A DNA stretch of 64,000 nt, from IMG/VR virus record IMGVR_UViG_3300020374_000001. The stretch is one strand, 5' to 3'. Numbering within the stretch: the stretch's first letter is position 1; each line of letters starts with the position of its first letter. A program made the position numbers and the translations under genes. Below, piece by piece: positions 47,990-57,351 of the stretch. This DNA comes from a virus. Its lineage: Duplodnaviria > Caudoviricetes. Under the pieces are notes generated by a model. That model did no database searches. It was given only the letters and a program-made list of their open reading frames with translations, and was not told the origin of the DNA.

Positions 47990-48429
47990 GTGAAGAAATA
48001 CAATGGTCGCCAGAGAGTATGTTAGAGGTCACCATAAAACAACCTGACGATTTCCTAAAAGTTAGAGAAACCCTTACAAGAATTGGTGTGGCAAGTAGAA
48101 AAGATAAGACGTTATTTCAATCTTGTCATATATTACACAAACAAGGTAAATACTATATCGTACATTTTAAAGAACTTTTTGCTTTAGATGGCAAGAAGGC
48201 GACTTTAGTTGAAAATGATATACAAAGAAGAAACACAATCGCTATTTTATTACAAGACTGGAACCTAATTGATATAGTTAAAAAAGAGGATGCGAATAAT
48301 AAAGCACCTTTAAGTCAGATAAAAGTTTTACCATTCAAAGAGAAAAAAGAATGGAATTTATCTGCTAAATATAACATAGGAAAAAAGGTCACAACCGAGA
48401 ATAGCGAAAATGCAAATACCAAAGTTTAA
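47986..48429 (+). CDS. regA: Translational repressor RegA
   Basis: DDFLKVRETLTRIG, QSCHILHKQGKYYIVHFKELF.LDG. Confidence 0.97.
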   Translation: MSEEIQWSPESMLEVTIKQPDDFLKVRETLTRIGVASRKDKTLFQSCHILHKQGKYYIVHFKELFALDGKKATLVENDIQRRNTIAILLQDWNLIDIVKKEDANNKAPLSQIKVLPFKEKKEWNLSAKYNIGKKVTTENSENANTKV

Positions 48430-49906
48430 AGAATTTTTTGTAGAACAAGATTTAGAACGTAAGAAGAAACCTATTACGGTTGCTATTATTACAATAGCAG
48501 ATTCAGACGACCCTAAAGAAAATACAACTGCTGATCTTATATCAAAAGCGTGTAAGAAAAAAGGCATAAAGTGTATTATAGTAAATACAAAAACTTCAAT
48601 CATAACAGATAAAGACGAAGATAAAAATACGTTAACGGTGTATAACTATGATGGTGAAGGTGCTAAACACACTTTCATAGGTAAAGATACCGTTTGTATT
48701 TGTAGAGGTGGTGCTTTACAAGATGAAGGTGGTTTATCTTTAATATCTGCCTTTCAAAACTCACAATCATTTATGTTAAACACAAGAGCGGCAATGCTTA
48801 CTTGTGATAACAAATTAACTTCAGCATTATTATTTGAAAAGTTTGGTATACCTACACCTAGAACAGCGTATGTATCAAACGAAAAGAATTTAAAAACTGC
48901 ATTAGATAAAATCGGTGGTAAGTTTCCTGTCATATTAAAAACATTAACAGGTACACAAGGTGTCGGTGTAATCAAAGTTGAAAGTTATGAAGGTCTTGTT
49001 GCAACCGTTCAGGCAATGTGGAAACTAGAAGCAGAAATGTTAATACAAGAATATATGAAAACTGATTTTGATGTAAGAACTTTTGTAGTAGATAATAAAA
49101 TATTTGCAAGTACAAAAAGAACTCATAGTAGTTATGACTTTAGATCAAATACACATAGAGGTGCTGAGGCAGAACCATATAAGTTAAGTGAAGAAGAAAT
49201 AGAATTAGTTTTAAAAACTGCTAGATTATCCAGAGCATATATGTGTGGCGTAGATCACATAGTTTATAAAAATAAACCATACGTATTAGAAATAAACGGA
49301 AGTCCAGGATCAGGTGCTGACTATGAAGGTTATCAGTACAAAGATTATTATTCTGATCCAGAACCATCAGGCAGAATAGATGGTGAAACTATGATGTCTT
49401 ATGTAATTGATTGGATTGAAGATAGAACTCATTGGGATAGACAATCACTTATAGAATGTGGTTGGTTAGAAACTATGGACGTAGATGAAATAGGAAAAGT
49501 TAGAGTTAAGTTTGATACAGGTAATGGTTCTCAAGCGTGTGCTTTACACGCAGATGAAATTATAGAATCAAAAGGTAAAATTGTAAAATGGAAATACGAT
49601 GGTAAAGTTTATAGTAAACCTAAATTTGGTGTAAGTAAAGTATTCAGATCAAATGCAACTAACGAACCATCTGAAACAAGACCTACCGTAAAAATGGCAC
49701 TTACATTTAATGGATTTACATATCCAGATATAGAAGTAGGATTAGATAGTAGACCTAGATCAGGTTCAGACTTATTAGTTAATAGAGATTTAATGCGACA
49801 GATGAATGTTGCCGTTAATCCTAATAGAACTTTTGTATTAAGTAAACGATTAAGACCTATTGAAAAAGAAGGAAAACAAGACAAAGTTGGATTTGAAAAG
49901 AAATAG
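48410..49906 (+). CDS. RimK-like ATP-grasp ligase fused to a RimK-associated aspartyl-protease-like domain
   Basis: FPVILK...GTQG.GV, QEY...DFDVR, FRSNTH.G, VLEINGSPG; C-terminal KFDTG. Confidence 0.85.
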   Translation: MQIPKFKEFFVEQDLERKKKPITVAIITIADSDDPKENTTADLISKACKKKGIKCIIVNTKTSIITDKDEDKNTLTVYNYDGEGAKHTFIGKDTVCICRGGALQDEGGLSLISAFQNSQSFMLNTRAAMLTCDNKLTSALLFEKFGIPTPRTAYVSNEKNLKTALDKIGGKFPVILKTLTGTQGVGVIKVESYEGLVATVQAMWKLEAEMLIQEYMKTDFDVRTFVVDNKIFASTKRTHSSYDFRSNTHRGAEAEPYKLSEEEIELVLKTARLSRAYMCGVDHIVYKNKPYVLEINGSPGSGADYEGYQYKDYYSDPEPSGRIDGETMMSYVIDWIEDRTHWDRQSLIECGWLETMDVDEIGKVRVKFDTGNGSQACALHADEIIESKGKIVKWKYDGKVYSKPKFGVSKVFRSNATNEPSETRPTVKMALTFNGFTYPDIEVGLDSRPRSGSDLLVNRDLMRQMNVAVNPNRTFVLSKRLRPIEKEGKQDKVGFEKK

Positions 49907-49908
49907 CA

Positions 49909-49937
49909 TTGACATTGGCGTCAATGTGTGATATATT
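49909..49937 (+). promoter_or_regulatory. Sigma70-like promoter overlapped by an inverted repeat CATTGAC-N6-GTCAATG
   Basis: TTGACA-17nt-TATATT with TG extension. Confidence 0.8.
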
Positions 49938-49962
49938 ATAATTACTAATAAGGAGAAATATA

Positions 49963-50286
49963 ATGCAAGAAGTGAAAATAATAAGACTCTCTACTGGCGA
50001 AGATGTAATTGCTAAAGTCGGAGAGAACGATCAAGGATATAGTCTAAAAAATCCTTTCGTAATCATACCTCAACAATCAGCACCAGGACAACCAATATCT
50101 TTAATGATGTCATTGTATAATGCGTATGGCAAAAAAGATACGGTTACTTTGTCCAAGGATAAGATTGTTTTTATGACAGAACCTAAAGACGAAATATTAA
50201 AATCTTACGAACAAAATACAAGTAAGATATTAACACCTAAATCAAGTTTAATAACGGAAACAAATATACCTACATTAAAAAAGTGA
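49963..50286 (+). CDS. Conserved T4-like hypothetical protein (Sm-like fold candidate)
   Basis: KIIRLSTGEDVIA; AAGGAG RBS. Confidence 0.65.
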   Translation: MQEVKIIRLSTGEDVIAKVGENDQGYSLKNPFVIIPQQSAPGQPISLMMSLYNAYGKKDTVTLSKDKIVFMTEPKDEILKSYEQNTSKILTPKSSLITETNIPTLKK

Positions 50287-50612
50287 TAACGGTAAACTTT
50301 ATACGGACAAATAATGATAAAGTCTGTGTTGAAGTAGAAGAAGGAACCACTTTAATGCAGGCAGCAAAACAGGCAGAATTAAAAGAAATCCCTGCTGATT
50401 GTGGTGGTAATATGGCGTGTGCTACTTGTCATATACATTTAAGTAATGCTTGGACACATATTCTTCCTATAAAAGAAAATGGTTTAGAACAATCATTATT
50501 AGAATATGAAAGAGGTTATATTCCAGGTGTAAGTAGATTAAGTTGTCAGATACAATTGACAAAAGAATTAGATAATTTAACGGTGAGATTAAGAGATAAT
50601 GAACTTTTATAA
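50283..50612 (+). CDS. fdx: 2Fe-2S ferredoxin (adrenodoxin/ISC type)
   Basis: CGGNMACATCH...SRLSCQ. Confidence 0.93.
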   Translation: MITVNFIRTNNDKVCVEVEEGTTLMQAAKQAELKEIPADCGGNMACATCHIHLSNAWTHILPIKENGLEQSLLEYERGYIPGVSRLSCQIQLTKELDNLTVRLRDNELL

Positions 50613-53085
50613 AAGTGTAATAGAACATCACGGCAAACTTCTTGTTAGAGGTATACACGAAGGACAAGAATTTAAAGAGAAGATTGATTATAGTCCTACT
50701 CTTTATGCTATCTCACAACAACAAACAGAATTTAAAACACTAACAGGTCAATCTTTAAAACCAATTCAATTCGGTAGTATTAAAAAAGCAAGAGATTTTA
50801 AAAGAAATTACAATACAGAAAATGCACCTATTTTTGGTATGGATCGTTATCAATATCAATATATTGCTGATAATTATTCTGAAGATATACAATGGTCAAA
50901 AGATCATATAAAAATATTCACACTTGATATAGAATGTACTGCTGAAAACGGTTTTCCAGATGTACAAAATCCAATAGAAGAATTACTTTGTATTACGGTT
51001 AAGAATCAATCTAACAAACAGATTATAACTTGGGGTACAGGTGATTTTAAAACTGATAGAACAGATGTAACTTATATAAAATGTAGAAACGAAAAGTCTT
51101 TGATTATGGAGTTTATGAAGTTTTGGATGAAAAACTATCCAGATGTAATCACAGGTTGGAATACAAAGTTTTTTGATTTACCTTATCTATGTAATAGAAT
51201 TAAATTACTTACAGATGAAAAAGTTGTAAGAAGATTATCGCCTTGGAATCTAGTAGGCACCGAAGAAATAACGGTAAGAGGTAGATCGCAATTGTATTAT
51301 GATCTATATGGTATTGCAATGCTAGATTACCTTGACTTATATAAAAAGTTTATACCAGTAAGACAAGAAAGTTATAAGTTAGATCATATAGGTAAAGTTG
51401 AATTGAATTTAGCAAAAGACTCTAACCCTTATGATACATTTAGAGAATGGTATACAAAAGACTTTCAATCGTTTGTAGATTACAATATTAAAGATGTTGA
51501 GATAGTTGACCAACTAGAAGACAAATTAAAACTAATTGAATTAATCTTAAATATGTCCTATGAGGCAAAGATTAATTATCAGGATGTATTTTCACAAGTT
51601 AGATTTTGGGATACATTAATCTATAACTTCTTGCGTAAAGATAACATTGTTATCCCACCAAAAGAAGATAATATAAAAGATGAAAAGTATCCTGGTGCAT
51701 ATGTAAAAGATCCACTCGTAGGTATGCACAACTGGATTGTTTCGTTTGACATTAACTCACTATACCCACATTTGATTATGCAGTATAATATTTCTCCCGA
51801 AAAAATTATTGGTATGAAATCAAATGGTATTACGGTGAATAAAATGTTGAATGAATCAACGCCTCTAACATATCTTAAAACTGAAGGTGCAACGATAACA
51901 CCCAATGGCGCATTATTCAAAACTGATAGTGAAGGTTTTTTACCTAAAGTATTAAGTAAGATGTATAATGATCGTGTATATTATAAGAAAAAAATGTTAG
52001 AGGCGAAAAAAGAATACAACAAATCAAAGGATCCTAAATTACAAAATGAAATATCACGTTGTCATAATATACAATGGGCAAAGAAGATCGCATTGAATAG
52101 TGCTTACGGTGCCATCGGCAATCAATACTTTAGATATTATGATGTAAGACAGGCAATGGCAATCACACTTGCAGGTCAATTTGTTATTCGTTTTATTGAG
52201 AAGAATGTAAATGAATATATGAATAAGATATTAAAGACACACGATAAGATAGATTATATTGTAGCATCCGATACAGATTCAATTTATCTTACAATGGATA
52301 AACTTGTTGAACAAGTATGTAAAGATAAAACAAAAGATCAAACATTAAAGTTTCTAAACAAAGTTGTTGAAAGTAGAATAGAACCTTTCCTAGATAAGTG
52401 TTTCAAACAATTAGCAGAATATACTAACGCATTTGAAAACAAAATGGTAATGAAACGAGAAATTATTGCTGACAAAGGTATATGGACTGCTAAAAAAAGA
52501 TATATGTTAAACGTATTAGATGAAGAAGGTATTACATTTGACGAACCTAAATTAAAGATTATGGGTATTGAGGCAGTTAAATCATCAACACCTGAATATT
52601 GTAGAGGTAAAATTAAAGGGGCAATCAAAATTATAATGTCTAAACAAGAAAGTGATTTACATAAATTTGTTAAAGAAACTAAAGAAGAATTTTTAAAACT
52701 ACCTGCTGAGTCAGTATCATTTCCTAGAAGTTGTAATAATATGAAAAAATATTATAGTAGTAGTAGTGTCTTTATTAAAGGTACACCTATTCACGTTAAA
52801 GGTGCGTTGATATATAATAATCAGATAAAAGAGTTTGGATTAGAAAAGAAATATCCTTTGATACAAGAAGGTGATAAAATTAAATTTGTTAAATTACTAG
52901 AGGCAAATCCATTTAAGTTTGATGTAATTAGTTATGTATCTGAATTACCTAAAGAATTTAAATTAAAAAATTATATTGATTATGAATTACAATTTGAAAA
53001 AACATTCCTTGATCCTATTAGATTTATATTACAACCTATAGGATGGTCACCTGAACCAAAGGCAAGTTTAGAGGCATTTTTTTAA
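50599..53085 (+). CDS. gp43: Family B DNA polymerase gp43
   Basis: LDIE exonuclease motif, SFDINSLYP, KIALNSAYG, SDTDS. Confidence 0.98.
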   Translation: MNFYKSVIEHHGKLLVRGIHEGQEFKEKIDYSPTLYAISQQQTEFKTLTGQSLKPIQFGSIKKARDFKRNYNTENAPIFGMDRYQYQYIADNYSEDIQWSKDHIKIFTLDIECTAENGFPDVQNPIEELLCITVKNQSNKQIITWGTGDFKTDRTDVTYIKCRNEKSLIMEFMKFWMKNYPDVITGWNTKFFDLPYLCNRIKLLTDEKVVRRLSPWNLVGTEEITVRGRSQLYYDLYGIAMLDYLDLYKKFIPVRQESYKLDHIGKVELNLAKDSNPYDTFREWYTKDFQSFVDYNIKDVEIVDQLEDKLKLIELILNMSYEAKINYQDVFSQVRFWDTLIYNFLRKDNIVIPPKEDNIKDEKYPGAYVKDPLVGMHNWIVSFDINSLYPHLIMQYNISPEKIIGMKSNGITVNKMLNESTPLTYLKTEGATITPNGALFKTDSEGFLPKVLSKMYNDRVYYKKKMLEAKKEYNKSKDPKLQNEISRCHNIQWAKKIALNSAYGAIGNQYFRYYDVRQAMAITLAGQFVIRFIEKNVNEYMNKILKTHDKIDYIVASDTDSIYLTMDKLVEQVCKDKTKDQTLKFLNKVVESRIEPFLDKCFKQLAEYTNAFENKMVMKREIIADKGIWTAKKRYMLNVLDEEGITFDEPKLKIMGIEAVKSSTPEYCRGKIKGAIKIIMSKQESDLHKFVKETKEEFLKLPAESVSFPRSCNNMKKYYSSSSVFIKGTPIHVKGALIYNNQIKEFGLEKKYPLIQEGDKIKFVKLLEANPFKFDVISYVSELPKEFKLKNYIDYELQFEKTFLDPIRFILQPIGWSPEPKASLEAFF

Positions 53086-53240
53086 TGAATATAATAGAAG
53101 TAACATTGATAATTGCAATAAGTTTACATTGGGGATTTGCAACAGGTGGATTTTTAGCAATGAAAACTGACTGGTCAATACCTAGATTTATAATTATATG
53201 TTTATTAATGAGATATTTTGTGATGAGTTATGGATACTAA
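53085..53240 (+). CDS. Small two-helix membrane protein (51 aa)
   Basis: MNIIEVTLIIAISLHWGFATGGFLAMKTDWSIPRFIIICLLMRYFVMSYGY; coupled to the gp43 stop (TAATG). Confidence 0.6.
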   Translation: MNIIEVTLIIAISLHWGFATGGFLAMKTDWSIPRFIIICLLMRYFVMSYGY

Positions 53241-53772
53241 TAAAAAATATAATGTAATATATGCTGACCCACCTTGGTCATTTAAAACTTATTCAGATAA
53301 AGGTAAAGATAGAAGTCCTGAAAAACATTATAGTGTTATGAATTTTAAAGATATATGTAATATGCCTATTGATAAAATAGCAAACGATAATTCAGTATTA
53401 TTAATGTGGGTTATTGATCCTTTACTTGACAAAGCATTTGAAGTAATTAATGCTTGGGGTTTCAAGTACAAGACCGTTGCATTTACTTGGGCGAAGACGA
53501 ATAAAACTAAACCTGGTTTCTTTACAGGTCTTGGATACTGGACTAGAGGTAATCCTGAAATGTGTTTACTTGCAACAAAAGGTAAACCTAAACGAATCAG
53601 TAAATCAGTACCTCAATTAGTAGTAGAACAACGTAGAGAACATAGTAGAAAACCTGATATAATGTATAAACATATAGAAGATTTACTAGAAGGACCTTAT
53701 ATAGAATTGTTTGCTAGACAACAAAAAGAAGGTTGGGATAGTTTTGGAAATGAGGTAACAAAGTGGAATTGA
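53230..53772 (+). CDS. MT-A70 family adenine methyltransferase
   Basis: IYADPPW, WGFKY, HSRKP, ELFAR..GW..GNE. Confidence 0.92.
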   Translation: MDTNKKYNVIYADPPWSFKTYSDKGKDRSPEKHYSVMNFKDICNMPIDKIANDNSVLLMWVIDPLLDKAFEVINAWGFKYKTVAFTWAKTNKTKPGFFTGLGYWTRGNPEMCLLATKGKPKRISKSVPQLVVEQRREHSRKPDIMYKHIEDLLEGPYIELFARQQKEGWDSFGNEVTKWN

Positions 53773-53858
53773 CATTAGCAATATTTTATGTTATAATGAT
53801 ATACGCATTTATAGTATGGTTATTACGAAAGTGGAACAATGAAGATATTAAAAGATAG
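53763..53858 (+). CDS. Small single-pass membrane peptide (31 aa)
   Basis: GTG start with GAGGT RBS: MELTLAIFYVIMIYAFIVWLLRKWNNEDIKR. Confidence 0.5.
   Translation: MELTLAIFYVIMIYAFIVWLLRKWNNEDIKR
53769..53797 (+). promoter_or_regulatory. Perfect sigma70 promoter
   Basis: TTGACA-17nt-TATAAT with TGn extension. Confidence 0.85.
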
Positions 53859-54312
53859 TGTAAACGATTTTTTTAAATGGGTAAAAGGTACCGAGTTAGT
53901 AGAACTTGACAACATAGATGTATCTGAGGATCCTGTTAGACCTGAATTAACTCTAGGTTTTAGAATTACAAACGGTAGAAAAATCTTTGGATTAAAATAT
54001 GAAAATGAGATAGAAGCAATTATTTGCGTTGCGTTTTGTCCTGAAGTACCTTACACGGTTAGAGAAATGGATTATATGTCCAGAGTAAAAGATGGCAAAT
54101 GTGCCATTGCATATACGGTATGGTCTCGTAAAAGAGGTGCAGGTAAAGAGATAGTAAAAAAATTAGGTGAGTGGGCAAAGAAACGTAAGATGGAAAGACT
54201 TGTAACTCTATCACCATTAACACCTATGGCAACACACTTTCATATTAAGAACGGTGCTAAACAAGTACATATAAATGATGAAACACAAAACTTTGAATAT
54301 GACATTAAGTAA
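53839..54312 (+). CDS. GNAT-fold protein (malonyl-CoA-decarboxylase-like TLSP motif)
   Basis: YTVWSRKRGAGKEIV (acyl-CoA loop) and LVTLSP. Confidence 0.6.
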   Translation: MKILKDSVNDFFKWVKGTELVELDNIDVSEDPVRPELTLGFRITNGRKIFGLKYENEIEAIICVAFCPEVPYTVREMDYMSRVKDGKCAIAYTVWSRKRGAGKEIVKKLGEWAKKRKMERLVTLSPLTPMATHFHIKNGAKQVHINDETQNFEYDIK

Positions 54313-55561
54313 TTACGCTGACGAAAATGGATTGCCTATTATGGATCAACTCTCTTTTGAGAGAATGACAAATGATATTGGCAAAGAACAATTTAGATTA
54401 GACTTAGCAGAATACATAGAGAAGAATAGACCTAAATTTCCTCTAAAGAAAATAACTTTAGATGATGTAAGAAACTCTTTTTATGATTTACAAAAACAAG
54501 ATATTACAAAGTATTGTAAACTTAATGACAATAATGTTATGGAAAAATATAATGATTACAAATATAATTATAAAGATTATGGTCTAGGTATTATAGACGC
54601 ACCATCAACTTATAATAATGTATCTAATTATTTTCACCAAGAATTAAGATTAAATTGTTCTAGTTATAGTTTCAAAGCACCTTTAGATGTATGGTACAAT
54701 GGTACTGCAAAAGATATATGGCGTTGTCTAGGTCCTATCTGGCGAGGTATCAACAATATGAAGAAGGTTATGGTTGACGGTAAAGAAGAATTAAGAGGTG
54801 GTCAACTATCTGAAGCAAGTTATTTAAGTGCATTTAGATTAGGTACATATATTGCAACTCAATTTAAACCTAATGTTGCTAAAACAATTTACCATTTAAC
54901 CAATGCAAAAAGAGTTTTAGATACAAGTTGTGGATGGGGAGATAGACTTGCTGGTTTCTTTGCCTCAGACGCTGAGGAATATATAGGATGTGATCCTAAC
55001 CCTAATACATATAAACAATATATGAAACAGATAGAAGTATATAATAGTTTTCTATCTAAACCTAAAAAAGTTAAAATATATAATTGTGGTGCTGAAGATT
55101 TACCTTGGGATGAAATAAAAGATATTGATTGTTCATTTACAAGTCCACCATATTTTTCTACTGAAGAATATAATAAAGGTGGTGAGAAAGAAGAAAATCA
55201 ATCGTGGTTTAAATTTAATGAGTATGAAAAATGGCGTGATGATTTCTTTTTACCTGTATCTAAAAAATGTTTTGAAAGATCAAAACATACTATAATTAAT
55301 ATTATGGATCCACAAGTAAAAGGTAAAAGATATAGAAGTTGTGATGAAGTTGTTGATATGTTAAAAGATAATTTTGTAGGTCAAATAGGTATGAGAATTA
55401 TGCAAAGACCTAAATCAGATAAACTATTTGAAACAGAAAAAGATAAGCAAGAGTTTATGAATAAAACATTTATAGAAAATGTATGGTGTTTTTCTAAAGA
55501 TAAAAATGTAGATTTATTTAGCACAGCAAGGAAAGGAACACTTGATAGTTTCTTTTCATAA
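54299..55561 (+). CDS. Second SPPY amino-methyltransferase-fold DNA modification enzyme
   Basis: LDTSCGWGDRLAG motif I, FTSPPY motif IV; start at 54275 or 54299. Confidence 0.85.
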   Translation: MTLSNYADENGLPIMDQLSFERMTNDIGKEQFRLDLAEYIEKNRPKFPLKKITLDDVRNSFYDLQKQDITKYCKLNDNNVMEKYNDYKYNYKDYGLGIIDAPSTYNNVSNYFHQELRLNCSSYSFKAPLDVWYNGTAKDIWRCLGPIWRGINNMKKVMVDGKEELRGGQLSEASYLSAFRLGTYIATQFKPNVAKTIYHLTNAKRVLDTSCGWGDRLAGFFASDAEEYIGCDPNPNTYKQYMKQIEVYNSFLSKPKKVKIYNCGAEDLPWDEIKDIDCSFTSPPYFSTEEYNKGGEKEENQSWFKFNEYEKWRDDFFLPVSKKCFERSKHTIINIMDPQVKGKRYRSCDEVVDMLKDNFVGQIGMRIMQRPKSDKLFETEKDKQEFMNKTFIENVWCFSKDKNVDLFSTARKGTLDSFFS

Positions 55562-55566
55562 ATATT

Positions 55567-55923
55567 ATGATGGCAATAACACAATCAGATTACAACAATC
55601 TAAAAGAGTATTGGGACTATCAAAGAAAAGTTGAGTATAATAAAGAACAAATCTTTATGATGGCAGAAAAGTTTGAAGGTAGAGCATATAATGATTTTGG
55701 TCCTGTACACATAGATGAAATAAAAGAACTCTTATGGAACAAAATAAAACCAGATGAATTTGAAGAACCACCTAGTGATTGGGTTCCTAAAAATGAGAAG
55801 TATAGATTGTGGAATGAAAATGAACCATTGAGGATTTCACCTAAAGCGAGAAAAGTTGTATTGAGAGCAAGAAATACAATAGACAAAGTGCCAAATATAT
55901 TAAATGATGATAACAATATTTAA
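55567..55923 (+). CDS. Hypothetical protein
   Basis: 118 aa; CATAAATA box at 55557-55564 is 5 nt before the second ATG (55570). Confidence 0.6.
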   Translation: MMAITQSDYNNLKEYWDYQRKVEYNKEQIFMMAEKFEGRAYNDFGPVHIDEIKELLWNKIKPDEFEEPPSDWVPKNEKYRLWNENEPLRISPKARKVVLRARNTIDKVPNILNDDNNI

Positions 55924-56077
55924 AGGATATAATAATTACCTAACACATAGTTTTCCTGCTACGGAGCTTGACAATATTAAGAAAGTGTGTTATGATCTAG
56001 GTATCAAATGGTATACAATATCTTATAATGATGAGGAGATGAAAGAATATGAACAATTTTCTAAAAGACATAATTAA
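55904..56077 (+). CDS. Small hypothetical protein (57 aa)
   Basis: [41 protein letters not shown]...; fills the gap before uvsX and overlaps both neighbours. Confidence 0.45.
   Translation: MMITIFKGYNNYLTHSFPATELDNIKKVCYDLGIKWYTISYNDEEMKEYEQFSKRHN
55968..55996 (+). promoter_or_regulatory. Sigma70-like promoter of uvsX
   Basis: TTGACA-17nt-TATGAT with TGn extension. Confidence 0.8.
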
Positions 56078-57074
56078 AGAAACAGGAAATGAATACGCAG
56101 GACTAGTAAGTGAAGGCGTTGATTCGGCAGATGTAACAAGTTTTATTGATACAGGATCATATTCATTTAATGCTTTACTATCAGGCAGTATATATGGTGG
56201 TATGCCAGGTAATAAAATAACTGCTATTGCAGGTGAGGCCGCTACAGGTAAAACTTTCTTTGCATTAGGTATCTGTAAACATTTTTTAGATACAGATAAA
56301 GACGCAGGAGTTATTTACTTTGAGTCAGAAAGTGCTATTTCAAAATCAATGATTGAGAGTAGAGGTGTTGACTCAACTAGAATGGTCGTAGTGCCTGTTG
56401 CAACCGTACAAGAATTTAGAACACAATCAATAAAAATTTTAGACAAGTATCTGGAACAACCAGAGGATAAAAGAAAACCTTTAATGTTTGTATTAGATAG
56501 TTTAGGTATGTTATCTACAACTAAAGAAATGACAGATACAGCAGAAGGTAAAGAAACAAGAGATATGACTAGATCACAAATAGTCAAATCTACATTTAGA
56601 GTTTTAACACTCAAACTAGGCAAGGCGAATGTGCCTATGATTATGACCAATCACACTTATGATGTTATTGGTTCTATGTTCCCACAAAAAGAAATGGGTG
56701 GCGGTTCAGGTTTGAAATACGCTGCCTCATCAATCATCTATCTAGGTAAGAGAAAAGAAAAAGACGGTACCGAAGTAGTTGGTAATATCATTCATTGTAA
56801 AAATTATAAATCACGGATAACAAAAGAAAATGCTCAAATAGATGTAAGACTTACATACAAACAAGGACTAGATAAACATTATGGTTTATTAGAACTTGGT
56901 GAACAAGCAGGTGTATTTAAAAAAGTATCTACAAGATACGAAATGCCTGATGGTTCTAAAGTATTTGGTAAGTCAATCAATGAGAATCCTGAGAAGTATT
57001 ATACAAAGGAAACATTAGATAAGATTGATGAATATGCCAAAAGAAAATTTACCTACGGATCAGACGAAGAATAG
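56049..57074 (+). CDS. uvsX: RecA-like recombinase UvsX
   Basis: [36 protein letters not shown]. Confidence 0.96.
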   Translation: MNNFLKDIIKETGNEYAGLVSEGVDSADVTSFIDTGSYSFNALLSGSIYGGMPGNKITAIAGEAATGKTFFALGICKHFLDTDKDAGVIYFESESAISKSMIESRGVDSTRMVVVPVATVQEFRTQSIKILDKYLEQPEDKRKPLMFVLDSLGMLSTTKEMTDTAEGKETRDMTRSQIVKSTFRVLTLKLGKANVPMIMTNHTYDVIGSMFPQKEMGGGSGLKYAASSIIYLGKRKEKDGTEVVGNIIHCKNYKSRITKENAQIDVRLTYKQGLDKHYGLLELGEQAGVFKKVSTRYEMPDGSKVFGKSINENPEKYYTKETLDKIDEYAKRKFTYGSDEE

Positions 57075-57351
57075 CAAATACGCTTTTGTACAAAGAGAAG
57101 GTGATGACTTTACTTGTATAAAGTTATTACAAGGTAAGTACAAAGGTGTCATATACAAATACGGTAAAGTCGGTTTTGCAAAAGAAGAAGACGACAAAGG
57201 TAATTTACCTATGAAATTTGATTATGATATTGTATTTAATCCACACGAAGAAACCAGCATTGACAAACAAGAGTTTATAGATTATATTGGTGACATACTA
57301 GTAGAACAATTAGAAAAACAAATACAAGGTGGTAAAGTAGTATATGAATAA
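57034..57351 (+). CDS. Hypothetical protein between uvsX and gp41 (gp40 position)
   Basis: [11 protein letters not shown]...F.Y motif; synteny. Confidence 0.55.
   Translation: MPKENLPTDQTKNSKYAFVQREGDDFTCIKLLQGKYKGVIYKYGKVGFAKEEDDKGNLPMKFDYDIVFNPHEETSIDKQEFIDYIGDILVEQLEKQIQGGKVVYE
57260..57288 (+). promoter_or_regulatory. Internal sigma70-like promoter for gp41
   Basis: TTGACA-17nt-TATATT. Confidence 0.6.
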
